From the NCBI GenBank assembly GCA_029982795.1, contig JARRBY010000003.1, positions 1-43,268 on the forward strand: DNA of 43,268 nucleotides, read 5' to 3'. Position numbers and translations under genes: made by a program. The notes below the pieces were generated by a model that ran no database searches, was not told where the DNA came from, and saw nothing but the letters and a program-made list of their open reading frames with translations. The DNA is from Patescibacteria group bacterium. GTDB taxonomy: Bacteria > Patescibacteriota > Patescibacteriia > Patescibacteriales > UBA12465. Positions 1 through 8,839 of this stretch are shown here, piece by piece. Positions within the stretch are counted from its first letter, which is position 1. Each line of letters opens with the position of its first letter.

Positions 1-26
1 ATATAATATAATAATATATAAATAAT

Positions 27-350
27 ATGAGTTTTGAACAAATACAAGAAAATAAAAATGATAAAAATAGAGATCAAGAAAGATTAAATGATTTAGCCGA
101 TAAATTAGATGGATTGCAAAAAGAATTTGCTCGTAATCATGGTTTAGACTCTGATACTATTCCTTATGTTGATTGGATAGTACAAGATTTACGAAAAGGT
201 GATTTAGCGCAAGCAAGAATAAATTATGAACAACAAAGGGATAAATTTGATAATAAAAAGGAAATTAAGAAGTTTTTAGAAGATAATAATATTGTTGAAA
301 AGGGAATAGATTGGAATGCATGGAAAAAAATGTCTACCAACTCTGATTAA
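27..350 (+). CDS. Hypothetical protein (107 aa, charged, helical)
   Basis: ATG-start ORF with AT-rich codon usage; no recognisable motif. Confidence 0.7.
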   Translation: MSFEQIQENKNDKNRDQERLNDLADKLDGLQKEFARNHGLDSDTIPYVDWIVQDLRKGDLAQARINYEQQRDKFDNKKEIKKFLEDNNIVEKGIDWNAWKKMSTNSD

Positions 351-379
351 TTGACAAAATAATTTAATTATGTTATAAA
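351..379 (+). promoter_or_regulatory. Sigma70-type promoter for the 419..901 gene
   Basis: TTGACA(351-356)-17 nt-TATAAA(374-379) with TG extension; followed by TGTACTTTAAAA at 395-406. Confidence 0.7.
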
Positions 380-418
380 TTAAGTAGTATTAATTGTACT
401 TTAAAATAGTATTTACAT

Positions 419-901
419 ATGGAAAATGATCAAGCAATTGAATTAATGTCTGTTTTGGAATCAAATGATCAAATCATAAATATCATAAAGGAAAAAAAAT
501 ATGATTCTATGGTTTGTTTGCAGGCTATTCCATTTCTAAGATTAGAAGAAAAGGATGAAAGGGAGGTATTACGTATTTTAAAGAAAATAAAATATGAACC
601 TCAAATTTGTGTTGCCGCGCTTACTTTTTTAAAAAAAGAAAAAAATGTAATGCGTATAATCAAAAAATCTGGCTATGTCCCTGAAGTTTGTCAAGCGGCA
701 ATTAGTAGTTTGAATTTAGGCAATAAATCTGAATCTAAAATCATGTCTATCTTAAATCAAGTTAAATATGATTTAGCGATTTGTGAGGCGAGTATAAGTT
801 ATCTAAAAAAAGAAAGTAATCTTTTAAAGATACTTAAAAAAAATGGTTATAACAAACGTTTGGTTACGGTTGTTATGAAACGTTTAGAAACTTTAAAATA
901 G
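419..901 (+). CDS. Hypothetical helical-repeat protein (160 aa)
   Basis: About five repeats of the form (K/G)Y-x3-(V/I)C-x-A-x4-L...I(L/I)KK spaced roughly 26-31 aa apart; has its own promoter and terminator. Confidence 0.8.
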   Translation: MENDQAIELMSVLESNDQIINIIKEKKYDSMVCLQAIPFLRLEEKDEREVLRILKKIKYEPQICVAALTFLKKEKNVMRIIKKSGYVPEVCQAAISSLNLGNKSESKIMSILNQVKYDLAICEASISYLKKESNLLKILKKNGYNKRLVTVVMKRLETLK

Positions 902-910
902 TTTCCATAT

Positions 911-944
911 AATCCTGAAGCTAAAATCGCTTCAGGATTTTTTT
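911..944 (+). terminator. Intrinsic terminator
   Basis: AATCCTGAAGC/GCTTCAGGATT stem followed by a T run. Confidence 0.8.
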
Positions 945-948
945 AAAT

Positions 949-982
949 AAAAAAAGGCCTAGTATTATAACTAGGCTTTTTT
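949..982 (-). terminator. Intrinsic terminator (probably bidirectional) for 991..1461
   Basis: GCCTAGT/ACTAGGC stem flanked by A and T runs. Confidence 0.75.
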
Positions 983-990
983 GATTTTTT

Positions 991-1461
991 TTATTTTATT
1001 TGTTCTCCAATGAAGATGGAAAAAATTTCGTTGGCATTAATTTTTCTTATACCAACCGCTTCCTTTATTAATCTTAATGCCTCTTTAGTCAGTCTTTTAC
1101 TTCTAAAACTTAATGCTGTTTTAAGTTTTATAGGTAAAAGATAATCTTGAGGATGATTAATCTTCAACTCGGTTTGGCAAAGATAATTTTCGCAACAAAC
1201 CAGATTTTTATTTATATCCTCATGATTGAGGAATAAAAAATATTTTGCTGTTCTTTCACCACAAATTGGGCATATTTTCTTGTAGCGAGGGGTATTTTCC
1301 AGAAGGGCTTCTAAATGATTCTGTAGGCGATTTATATTTTTTCCTTTACGATAATTATTTAAAGAAATAATATAATCGGGATTTTTGAAGATCAATTCTT
1401 CAAGATATTCTCCCGCATGCTTACCAGTCTGAAAGAGATAGGGTTCATTAATTTCATTCAT
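991..1461 (-). CDS. Hypothetical protein with a DUF3820-like GKH(x)G N-terminus and a putative zinc ribbon
   Basis: FQTGKHAGEYLEELIFKNPDYI resembles the FGK(H/Y)KG...P..Y motif; CPICG...CCENYLC cysteine cluster. Confidence 0.7.
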   Translation of the reverse strand: MNEINEPYLFQTGKHAGEYLEELIFKNPDYIISLNNYRKGKNINRLQNHLEALLENTPRYKKICPICGERTAKYFLFLNHEDINKNLVCCENYLCQTELKINHPQDYLLPIKLKTALSFRSKRLTKEALRLIKEAVGIRKINANEIFSIFIGEQIK

Positions 1462-1495
1462 GACTTTAATTTTTTTATGTTAAACAACTGTAATT

Positions 1496-1524
1496 AGTAT
1501 ACAATATTTATAAATAAAAGTCAA
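1496..1524 (-). promoter_or_regulatory. Sigma70-type promoter for 991..1461
   Basis: Minus strand TTGACT-17 nt-TATACT. Confidence 0.7.
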
Positions 1525-1552
1525 GTTTATGAATTATCAAGTTTATGAATTA
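1521..1552. repeat. Exact 16-bp tandem duplication
   Basis: TCAAGTTTATGAATTA twice (1521-1536, 1537-1552), overlapping the -35 element. Confidence 0.9.
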
Positions 1553-1567
1553 TTTTTTAAAAAGAAT

Positions 1568-1599
1568 AAAAAAAGACACCTATTTATTATATAGGTGTC
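1568..1599 (-). terminator. Intrinsic terminator for the 29-aa ORF
   Basis: GACACCTAT/ATAGGTGTC stem with an A run on the left (U tract on the minus strand). Confidence 0.7.
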
Positions 1600-1616
1600 A
1601 AATAAAAAAAGGTAAA

Positions 1617-1706
1617 TTACACGTCCACTGGAGTCCAATCAAAAAATTGGATTAAATCTGGTTCTTGAGGACTAACAGGGGGCGGTATTAAAGAATAATC
1701 TTCCAT
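1617..1706 (-). CDS. Small acidic, Pro-rich peptide (29 aa, MEDYSLIPPPVSPQEPDLIQFFDWTPVDV)
   Basis: Translated by hand; upstream TTGACA (1766-1771, minus strand) and CGTACTTT leader motif; terminator downstream. Confidence 0.55.
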   Translation of the reverse strand: MEDYSLIPPPVSPQEPDLIQFFDWTPVDV

Positions 1707-1785
1707 AATTGTTTTTTTTAAAAAGTACGATAATCGGCTTATATTATATAAAAGCTTTTAATTTATGTCAAGAGCGGATAGAAAG

Positions 1786-1813
1786 AAAAAAGACGAACCT
1801 CGGTTCGTCTTTT
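1786..1813 (-). terminator. Intrinsic terminator downstream of the PIN-PhoH gene
   Basis: AAAAGACGAACC-TC-GGTTCGTCTTTT perfect inverted repeat. Confidence 0.8.
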
Positions 1814-1848
1814 GAGAATTTTGATTTTTAAAATGTTTATAATACTGT

Positions 1849-3279
1849 TTATAATACTTTTTCGGCATAAGCGGCCACCTCAGAACGAACAGTGTGAGTT
1901 AGATTAACTACACCAATCATTGGATTGCCAACCATTTTTGCCATAGCATACGATAATCCCGAGTTTTCTGCATTGAGAAAACGACGGTCTATCTGTCCTA
2001 AGTCCCCCACAAAAACCACTTTAGAATCACGCCCCATTCGAGTAATGATTTGTTTTATTTCAATTGGTGATAAGTCTTGTGCTTCATCAACAATTAAAAA
2101 GGTTTTGTGATAAGTTCTTCCTTTATAGTACTGAATGGAATTAACTTTAATTCCCAGTCTACTTAAAAATTCAAATTGTTTTGTCCGTAAAAAATTTAGA
2201 AGTTCAGCGCGACTACAATTTTTTTTGCGGCTATCTTCTGAAATAACTTCTTTCATCCAAAAATTAGGATTTTTATCATTAGCGTCAATAATAACTTCTA
2301 AATTTTGGACAAAGGGATCCATAAATTCTGACATTTTGGCATTTAAGTCACCAGGTAGAAAACCAAGACGGTCCAGGTCACCAATTAAGATAGCAGGCCG
2401 GGTTAGGATAATATCGCGATAATCATCGTGTTTTTCCAAAGCAGCAGCAAGTGCAAGTAGGGTTTTACCTGAACCAGCTCCACCTGAGGCCATAACTACT
2501 TTAATTTCCGGATCAAGTAATTGGGCAATTAATAATTCTTGTTCCCAATTACGTTCTCCTTCATTTTGTGATTTAATCCCAGAGGCAGAAATATAACTTG
2601 GAATACGTACAATTTCATTTTTCTTGCGATAGGCTAGACTTAAATTGTCGTTTTCTTTTAAAAGAACACCGTCATTTTCTTTTATTCCAGGAAATTTGTT
2701 TGCTTTGTAGATAATTTTTCCTGATTTGTCATAATCTTTTAAGTTTAGTTTAACGATTTTTAAGCCTTTTTCTTCTGTTTTTGCAGAGGGAATTCGAATA
2801 TTACGAAATCTTTCTACTTCAACTCGAGGATTGTTTTCAAAAAAACTAGAAGCAAGAATAAGCATGCTTGTGTCATCAGTGACTAATTTAATTTTTTTAT
2901 AAGAACTAAAATCAGTTGATTTGGTGACATGATTTAAGCAGGCAATAATTTGGTTGTCAGGGACATCTTTATCTAAAGATAAGCGAGAAAAATTTTGTGA
3001 CCATAAAATTTTTAGTTTACCTTCTTTATGGAATTTGTAAATGAGATTTGAAGCCATTCGGGCTTCATGTTTCACTTCTGGTTTTGTCTTTAGCTTATCA
3101 AGTTCAACGACCACTGTTTTTGGAACAATCAATAAATTTTTATCTTTAATGAAGTCATGTAAAACAGTGTAATCATTAATAAAGACGTTAGTGTCAACGA
3201 TGATTACATTTCCTTTTTCCTCTTCTTGACTTAATCCATTTTTATTTACAACCGGTACAGAATTTTTTACTTTTTTCAT
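1849..3279 (-). CDS. PhoH-family ATPase with N-terminal PIN domain (PhoH2/YlaK type)
   Basis: PIN motifs IIVDTNVFI, VVVELDKLK, PDNQII, LVTDD; Walker A GGAGSGKT; LGFLPGDLNAKM, KGRT, IVDEAQD, VFVGDLGQID. Confidence 0.92.
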   Translation of the reverse strand: MKKVKNSVPVVNKNGLSQEEEKGNVIIVDTNVFINDYTVLHDFIKDKNLLIVPKTVVVELDKLKTKPEVKHEARMASNLIYKFHKEGKLKILWSQNFSRLSLDKDVPDNQIIACLNHVTKSTDFSSYKKIKLVTDDTSMLILASSFFENNPRVEVERFRNIRIPSAKTEEKGLKIVKLNLKDYDKSGKIIYKANKFPGIKENDGVLLKENDNLSLAYRKKNEIVRIPSYISASGIKSQNEGERNWEQELLIAQLLDPEIKVVMASGGAGSGKTLLALAAALEKHDDYRDIILTRPAILIGDLDRLGFLPGDLNAKMSEFMDPFVQNLEVIIDANDKNPNFWMKEVISEDSRKKNCSRAELLNFLRTKQFEFLSRLGIKVNSIQYYKGRTYHKTFLIVDEAQDLSPIEIKQIITRMGRDSKVVFVGDLGQIDRRFLNAENSGLSYAMAKMVGNPMIGVVNLTHTVRSEVAAYAEKVL

Positions 3280-3473
3280 AGTGTTATAATATTTTTTTGT
3301 GAAAGTACGTTGTTATCTGTTTTCAAGTTAACATAGAAATAAACATTTGGCAATGTGGAGAAAATATTTATATAAATATAATAAAAATCAAATTATCTTG
3401 ACAAATTAGAAAAAAATATGTTAGGTTATGGTTGATAGTAATCAATTGTTGTACTTTAAAAATATATAAGAAG

Positions 3474-3872
3474 ATGAAAAAGAACAAAGAATTTCCTGTA
3501 TTTTCTCAAAGAGACAAATCCTGGTCTTTATATGAGTTACGAAAGAGAAATAAAAAGTTTGTTTCGATGACGATACTGTATTTAAGTAATCCAGATCAAA
3601 GCCAAGGAAAAAGAAAAAGTTTTTGGGATTATTTTTCTTGTCCGTGTTGTCATCAAGAAATCAAAGAAGTTGTGGTAAATGATGAAAATGGGATATTGCT
3701 TTCCTTTGATAAGAAAAATAAAGCGGTTATTCGTTTTCGTGATGAAAACGCTTGGAAGGCAGTGGAAAATTATGATGAAAGAACAATGAAAAAAGAAGAA
3801 GATTCTCATCTCTTTTATCCATATTGTTTTACTTTTCCTGTTATGAACATAAAGAGAATTGTTTGGGTTTAA
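3474..3872 (+). CDS. Hypothetical protein (start moved to ATG 3474)
   Basis: The track's TTG start at 3432 overlaps promoter and leader (TTGACA 3398, TGTACTTTAAAA 3450-3461); contains CPCC. Confidence 0.7.
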   Translation: MKKNKEFPVFSQRDKSWSLYELRKRNKKFVSMTILYLSNPDQSQGKRKSFWDYFSCPCCHQEIKEVVVNDENGILLSFDKKNKAVIRFRDENAWKAVENYDERTMKKEEDSHLFYPYCFTFPVMNIKRIVWV

Positions 3873-3882
3873 TTAAATTAAA

Positions 3883-4104
3883 ATGTTAAAAATTATTGCT
3901 GTTTTGTGTTATATAGCCTTTGTGCTATATTTCACCTTTCGAGGGAAAACGCAGGAAAAAGAATCATTTTTTAGTCATAAATTAATGCGTTTTATGTTTG
4001 CCCTTGTTGTTTTTCCCTTTTTTGGTTGCCTGTTATTTTTAGCAGGTACAGTTCTAAAGTTTTTTGGTAGCTTTTTCTTAGCCCCTTTTAACTTTAATTT
4101 TTAA
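3883..4104 (+). CDS. Small membrane protein (73 aa)
   Basis: Two hydrophobic segments; 10 nt after the previous ORF; followed by a terminator. Confidence 0.7.
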   Translation: MLKIIAVLCYIAFVLYFTFRGKTQEKESFFSHKLMRFMFALVVFPFFGCLLFLAGTVLKFFGSFFLAPFNFNF

Positions 4105-4110
4105 AAAGAT

Positions 4111-4146
4111 AAACGGCACTGGATATAAATCTAGCGCCGTTTTTTT
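4111..4146. terminator. Intrinsic terminator between convergent genes
   Basis: AAACGGCACTGGAT/ATCTAGCGCCGTTT imperfect stem followed by a T run. Confidence 0.7.
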
Positions 4147-4162
4147 ATTTCATTTAATATTT

Positions 4163-4762
4163 TTAATTGCAGGTAGCGGGAGTAGTGATGATGGTGATTT
4201 CTTTAAAACCAGCTGCTTCAAAAAGCAGTGATAATTGTTTTTTGGCATTTTCATTAGCTTCTTCTAATATATTGCCATCACAAGCGGCTTGCCTTATTTC
4301 ACTTTCTGCTTTTTGTCGGGCAGTTGCCTCTAAGTCTAATTCACCTTTGGTAAATAAACCACGTTCACGATCAAAAACGGAAGTAGCATTATTATCTAGA
4401 ATAGTTTCTAAAATTTGTGGAGCCGGTAATTTAATGATAATACTGTCACCTTTACCAGAATAGTTTGAAGAATCTAAAGTGGAAAGATCGAAACCGGCAA
4501 TTACTTTACCATGGGCAATAAGTATAATTTTATCACCAAACAAAAAATCCCGTAAACGATCATAATCAGTACTAATTTCAATAATTTTATCAATCCTAAA
4601 GGAAGCTGTTTCAAAACGTGTCAGAGTTTCAATTTGTTTTATCACAGCTGCTCTGTCGGGGCCATAGCGAAAATCCGGATTTTTTTGGAAAGATCGCCAA
4701 GCAAAAAAGATGGCAAAAAAACCAACAATTATTAAGAGTGAGATAATTATATATTTTTTCAT
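4163..4762 (-). CDS. DUF4230-family membrane-anchored protein
   Basis: N-terminal TM helix; IAHGKVIAGFDLS, IKLPAPQIL, ILEEANENAKKQL...AGF pattern. Confidence 0.85.
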   Translation of the reverse strand: MKKYIIISLLIIVGFFAIFFAWRSFQKNPDFRYGPDRAAVIKQIETLTRFETASFRIDKIIEISTDYDRLRDFLFGDKIILIAHGKVIAGFDLSTLDSSNYSGKGDSIIIKLPAPQILETILDNNATSVFDRERGLFTKGELDLEATARQKAESEIRQAACDGNILEEANENAKKQLSLLFEAAGFKEITIITTPATCN

Positions 4763-4987
4763 AATGCTATAAATTAATATATTTATAGTTTAAATAGAAT
4801 TTATGATTATTGCAATCTTTAAAATTGACACTAAGCTATATTAGTGATTATATTACGAAAGAGTTATAACAGAAATTAATTTGTAGTTTGTTTGATTAGA
4901 GTTATGTTTTTATAACATTTAAAATTAAAAACTGGTTTTAAAAGATAAAAAAAGATGTTAAAATAAAAAAATATTAAGAATAAAAAT

Positions 4988-6169
4988 ATGAGTAAAAATT
5001 GTTTGATTGTTAATACCGGCAGTGCTTCTAAAAAATATAGTTTTTATATTGGTGAAGAAAAAAAATATAGTGCTCATTTTGAAAAAGAGGGCAACTCTCT
5101 TATTGTTACCGAAACTATTGGAGATAACAAGGAAAAAAAAGTTTTAAATGATAATGATTATCCGCAGTCTGCTCGTTTTGTAATTGACTCCTTAGTTAGG
5201 GAGCAAATTATTGCTAATGAAAACAATTTACAAGTAATTGGAATTAGAATTGTTGCTCCCGGTAATTTCTTTTTAGAAACAAAAAAAATTGATGAGGATT
5301 ATATTAAAAGAGCTGAAGAAGCTCTTGAGAAAGTTCCTCTTCATTTAGCCCCAGCTTTAACTGAAATTAAAAATCTTAAATCTATTTTTGGTGAGAGTAT
5401 ACCAATTATTGGTGTTTCCGATAGCGCTTTTCATAAAACTATACCGCTTGAAAATAAATTATATTCAATTCCCATTGCTGATACTCGTAAATATGAAATT
5501 TATCGTTTTGGTTATCACGGAATTTCAGTTCAATCTATCGTTTGTCAAATAAAAGAAAAATTATCTTATATTCCAGAAAAAATGATAGTTTGTCATTTGG
5601 GTGGAGGAGCAAGCATAACTGCGGTTTTAAAAGGGAAAAGTGTGAATAATACGATGGGGTTTACCCCGCTTGAAGGTTTAACTATGGCCACTCGGGTGGG
5701 TGATATTGATCCCGGAGTAGTCCTTTTTCTTGCTGAAAAATTAAATTTAAATCGAAGTGAATTAAATCATTACTTTAATAATAAATGTGGACTTTTAGGT
5801 TTATCGGGTTCAAGTGATGATATTAGGGAACTTTTAAAAAAAGAAGAAGAGGGAGAAAAGGACGCCGCTTTAGCTTTGAAAGTTTATGTGGAAAGAGTAA
5901 AGGAAAATATTGCGAAAATGGCAGCTAATTTAGGAGGAGTTAATCTGCTGGTTTTTGCCGGTACGGTGGGAGAGCGTTCCTTTGTTTTACGTGAAAGAAT
6001 CTGTTCAAAACTTGAATATATGGGTATTGTTTTAGATAAGGTGAAAAATGACGGTAATGAGGGGAGTCGTTTAGATTTAGAAGCAAAGACAAGTTTGGCT
6101 AAAATTATGATAATTAAAACTGATGAAATGGCGGAAATTATTAAAGCTGTTTACAAGGTTGATTTATAA
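4988..6169 (+). CDS. ackA: Acetate kinase
   Basis: NTGSASKK, PLH, DSAFH, RFGYHGIS, CHLGGGAS, TMGFTPLEGL-MATRVGDIDP, TDE. Confidence 0.95.
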   Translation: MSKNCLIVNTGSASKKYSFYIGEEKKYSAHFEKEGNSLIVTETIGDNKEKKVLNDNDYPQSARFVIDSLVREQIIANENNLQVIGIRIVAPGNFFLETKKIDEDYIKRAEEALEKVPLHLAPALTEIKNLKSIFGESIPIIGVSDSAFHKTIPLENKLYSIPIADTRKYEIYRFGYHGISVQSIVCQIKEKLSYIPEKMIVCHLGGGASITAVLKGKSVNNTMGFTPLEGLTMATRVGDIDPGVVLFLAEKLNLNRSELNHYFNNKCGLLGLSGSSDDIRELLKKEEEGEKDAALALKVYVERVKENIAKMAANLGGVNLLVFAGTVGERSFVLRERICSKLEYMGIVLDKVKNDGNEGSRLDLEAKTSLAKIMIIKTDEMAEIIKAVYKVDL

Positions 6170-6324
6170 TTTGTTTTTTTAGTTTTTAATCGATAAAAAT
6201 ATTAAATATCTGTTAAATAAATTGTATTATTAGGTCTTTTTGTTAATCAAAAAAATATTTTATTATTTTCCAAAATTTGTTAAAATAAATATATATTTAT
6301 TAATTAAAATATAAAAGAAAACAT

Positions 6325-7551
6325 ATGAAAAAAATTAATAAAGGATTTTTAATTATTATTTTTATTTGTTCTCTTATTCTCAGCTCTGTTGTTGGCGGTG
6401 CTGTTGGTTATTGGACAGGAGCTCAATTTAGTAACAAAAATAAAGAAGTAATAACTGAAATTGAAAGAAAAATAGTTCAGGTTAGAGAGGAGTCAGATGT
6501 TGTTTCTGTTGTTGAAAAAGCAGCGCCAGCGGTAGTTAGTATTGTGGTAACCAAAGATTTACCTAAAATTGAAGAATATTATTTTAATCCTTTTGGTAGT
6601 GATGATTTTTTACAATATTTTTTTGGTGATGATTTTTTTAATTTTCAAGTTCCGGAGTATAGAAGGGAAAATGGAACTCAGGAGCAAACAATCGGTGGAG
6701 GCACAGGTTTTATTGTAAGTGAAGATGGTTTTATAGTTACCAATAAACATGTTGTCGCTGATGAGGAGGCGCAATATACGGTGGTTTTAAATGATGAGAC
6801 TAAATATGAGGCTAGTGTAATTGCCAGAGATCCTTTGACTGATTTTGCTGTTCTAAAAATTGAAGCTGATAATCTTCCGGTTATCGCCTTAGGTGAAAGT
6901 GATCAAATTAAAGTAGGGCAGACAGTAATTGCAATTGGTAATGCTTTAGGTGAGTTTAGTAATACCGTTTCAGTCGGTGTCATATCAGGTTTATCACGTT
7001 CTATTGTTGCCGGTAGCTTTGATCTTGGTAGGGAACAGTTAAATGGTGTAATTCAAACCGATGCTTCTATTAATCATGGAAATTCAGGTGGTCCTTTATT
7101 AAATTTAGCCGGAGAAGTTATTGGTATTAATACTGCCATTGCTCAAGGGGCACAAAATATTGGTTTTGCTATTCCTATTAATGAAATAAAAAATAGTTTA
7201 GAGAGTGTTAAAACTAATGGTCGAATTATTAGACCGTGGTTGGGGGTACGCTATGTTTTAGTCAATGAAGAATTAGTTGCGGCTAATAAACTTCCTGTTG
7301 ATTATGGTGCTTTAATAGCTCGTGGTGAGAATCCCAGTGATTTAGCGGTTATTCCCGGTAGTCCCGCTCATAAAGCCGGTCTTTTAGAAAATGATATCAT
7401 TTTAGAAATTAATGGTAATAAAATTACTAAAAATTATCCTTTAGCTAAAGCAATTTCTGAACAGACTGTTGGTAGTGAAATTACGCTTAAAGTTTGGCGA
7501 CCGGACGGTGAGAAAGAAATAAAAGTTATTTTGGAAGAAATGAAAGAGTAG
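6325..7551 (+). CDS. htrA: HtrA/DegP-family serine protease with one PDZ domain
   Basis: N-terminal TM; GGGTGFI, TNKHVV, IQTDASINHGNSGGPL; C-terminal PDZ (GSPAHKAGL..DII). Confidence 0.93.
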   Translation: MKKINKGFLIIIFICSLILSSVVGGAVGYWTGAQFSNKNKEVITEIERKIVQVREESDVVSVVEKAAPAVVSIVVTKDLPKIEEYYFNPFGSDDFLQYFFGDDFFNFQVPEYRRENGTQEQTIGGGTGFIVSEDGFIVTNKHVVADEEAQYTVVLNDETKYEASVIARDPLTDFAVLKIEADNLPVIALGESDQIKVGQTVIAIGNALGEFSNTVSVGVISGLSRSIVAGSFDLGREQLNGVIQTDASINHGNSGGPLLNLAGEVIGINTAIAQGAQNIGFAIPINEIKNSLESVKTNGRIIRPWLGVRYVLVNEELVAANKLPVDYGALIARGENPSDLAVIPGSPAHKAGLLENDIILEINGNKITKNYPLAKAISEQTVGSEITLKVWRPDGEKEIKVILEEMKE

Positions 7552-7625
7552 TTAGTTTTAGATTATTTCTTGTTTATATAGTATTTTGTAGTTTTAGTTA
7601 AAAAGATAGAATTATATAAAACATA

Positions 7626-7660
7626 AAAAGATTGGTATTTTTGAAAACCAATCTTTTTTT
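7626..7660 (+). terminator. Intrinsic terminator
   Basis: AAAAGATTGGT/ACCAATCTTTT stem followed by a T run. Confidence 0.75.
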
Positions 7661-7771
7661 AAAATAAAGAAATTATTAATGGGGGAATAGAATTATATTT
7701 TTTGAGTTTTAGGGGGTTTGCCTTTTTTTAGTATATTAACTAAAATAGAAGAAGAAATAATCAATAAAAAT

Positions 7772-8803
7772 ATGAAAAAAGTTATAATTACCAGTGTTAG
7801 CGTAATCGCTTTTTTGTTAATAGGATTTTTTGTAGTTAAGAATTATACTAATAATCCAAAACAAAGTTATGATGAGAATATAGTGGTTAATTCTTATGAA
7901 GAGTGTGTCGCGGCTGGTTTTCCTATTTTAGAGTCCTATCCGGAGCAATGTGTCAGTGCTGACGGTCGGCATTTTACTAGAAAATTAAAGGCAGAAGAAT
8001 TAGCGCAAATGGCGGTTCCCGCTATTTTATACGGTAGCTTTGTTTGTTTGCCACTCCGCAATCCTAGTGACAGTTTGGCTACTTCAGAGTGTGTCTATGG
8101 TATAAAAGCTGAATCAGGTGAGTATTATACCTTAAAAGATGATTCTTCTTCTTTGTTTAGTGTTGCAAATGGACAACAAATAGAGATACGAGGAATGTTA
8201 AATCCAGAAAAAAGTGAGATTTATCAAAGTGAGGGAGTAATTGATGTTCAGGAGTTTTATGTTATTAAAACAGAGAAAGAGGAAGAAGAAAAAGAAGAGA
8301 TAACAGAAGATGAACCGATTCGCCTGGAAACAGACAGTTTTTCTTTTATTATTCCGAGGGTTAGTTTTGATTATACAAGTATCAGAGATTGGCAAGTTGA
8401 TTTAATAAGAGATGAAGAAGTTTTATTAGAGCGAGTATTTGATGGTCAATTAGTCTGTCGAGAAATAGTTTCTCATAATGATTCTAGTTTGAATGTAAGT
8501 CGAGTTATAACTGATAAGGCGCAGTATTGTTTGGAGACTATAAGCGAGGGCGCAGCCGGTTCAGTTTATACTAAATATTCCTACTATACCTTGAATGAAG
8601 ATGATTTGATAGTAATTAAATTTACCGCTCAATATCCTCAATGCTATAATTATGATGATCCGGAAAAAACTGATTGTTTGGCAGAAAGAGAAAGTTTTTC
8701 TACCAATGATATTGCTGATGAAATTTTTTCCAGTTTAATTAAAGTGGAAGCTGAAATTGAAGAAGAAAATGAGGAGGAACTCCCAATAAATAATGAGGAA
8801 TAA
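7772..8803 (+). CDS. Membrane-anchored extracellular hypothetical protein with CPR-type disulfide modules (start moved to ATG 7772)
   Basis: Signal anchor MKKVII...; modules SYEECVAAGFPILESYPEQC, CLP...SECVYG and YCLETISEGAAGSVY; acidic linker and tail. Confidence 0.8.
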   Translation: MKKVIITSVSVIAFLLIGFFVVKNYTNNPKQSYDENIVVNSYEECVAAGFPILESYPEQCVSADGRHFTRKLKAEELAQMAVPAILYGSFVCLPLRNPSDSLATSECVYGIKAESGEYYTLKDDSSSLFSVANGQQIEIRGMLNPEKSEIYQSEGVIDVQEFYVIKTEKEEEEKEEITEDEPIRLETDSFSFIIPRVSFDYTSIRDWQVDLIRDEEVLLERVFDGQLVCREIVSHNDSSLNVSRVITDKAQYCLETISEGAAGSVYTKYSYYTLNEDDLIVIKFTAQYPQCYNYDDPEKTDCLAERESFSTNDIADEIFSSLIKVEAEIEEENEEELPINNEE

Positions 8804-8839
8804 AAATTTTTAGATAAGATGTCTTAAAATTGTTTTAAT

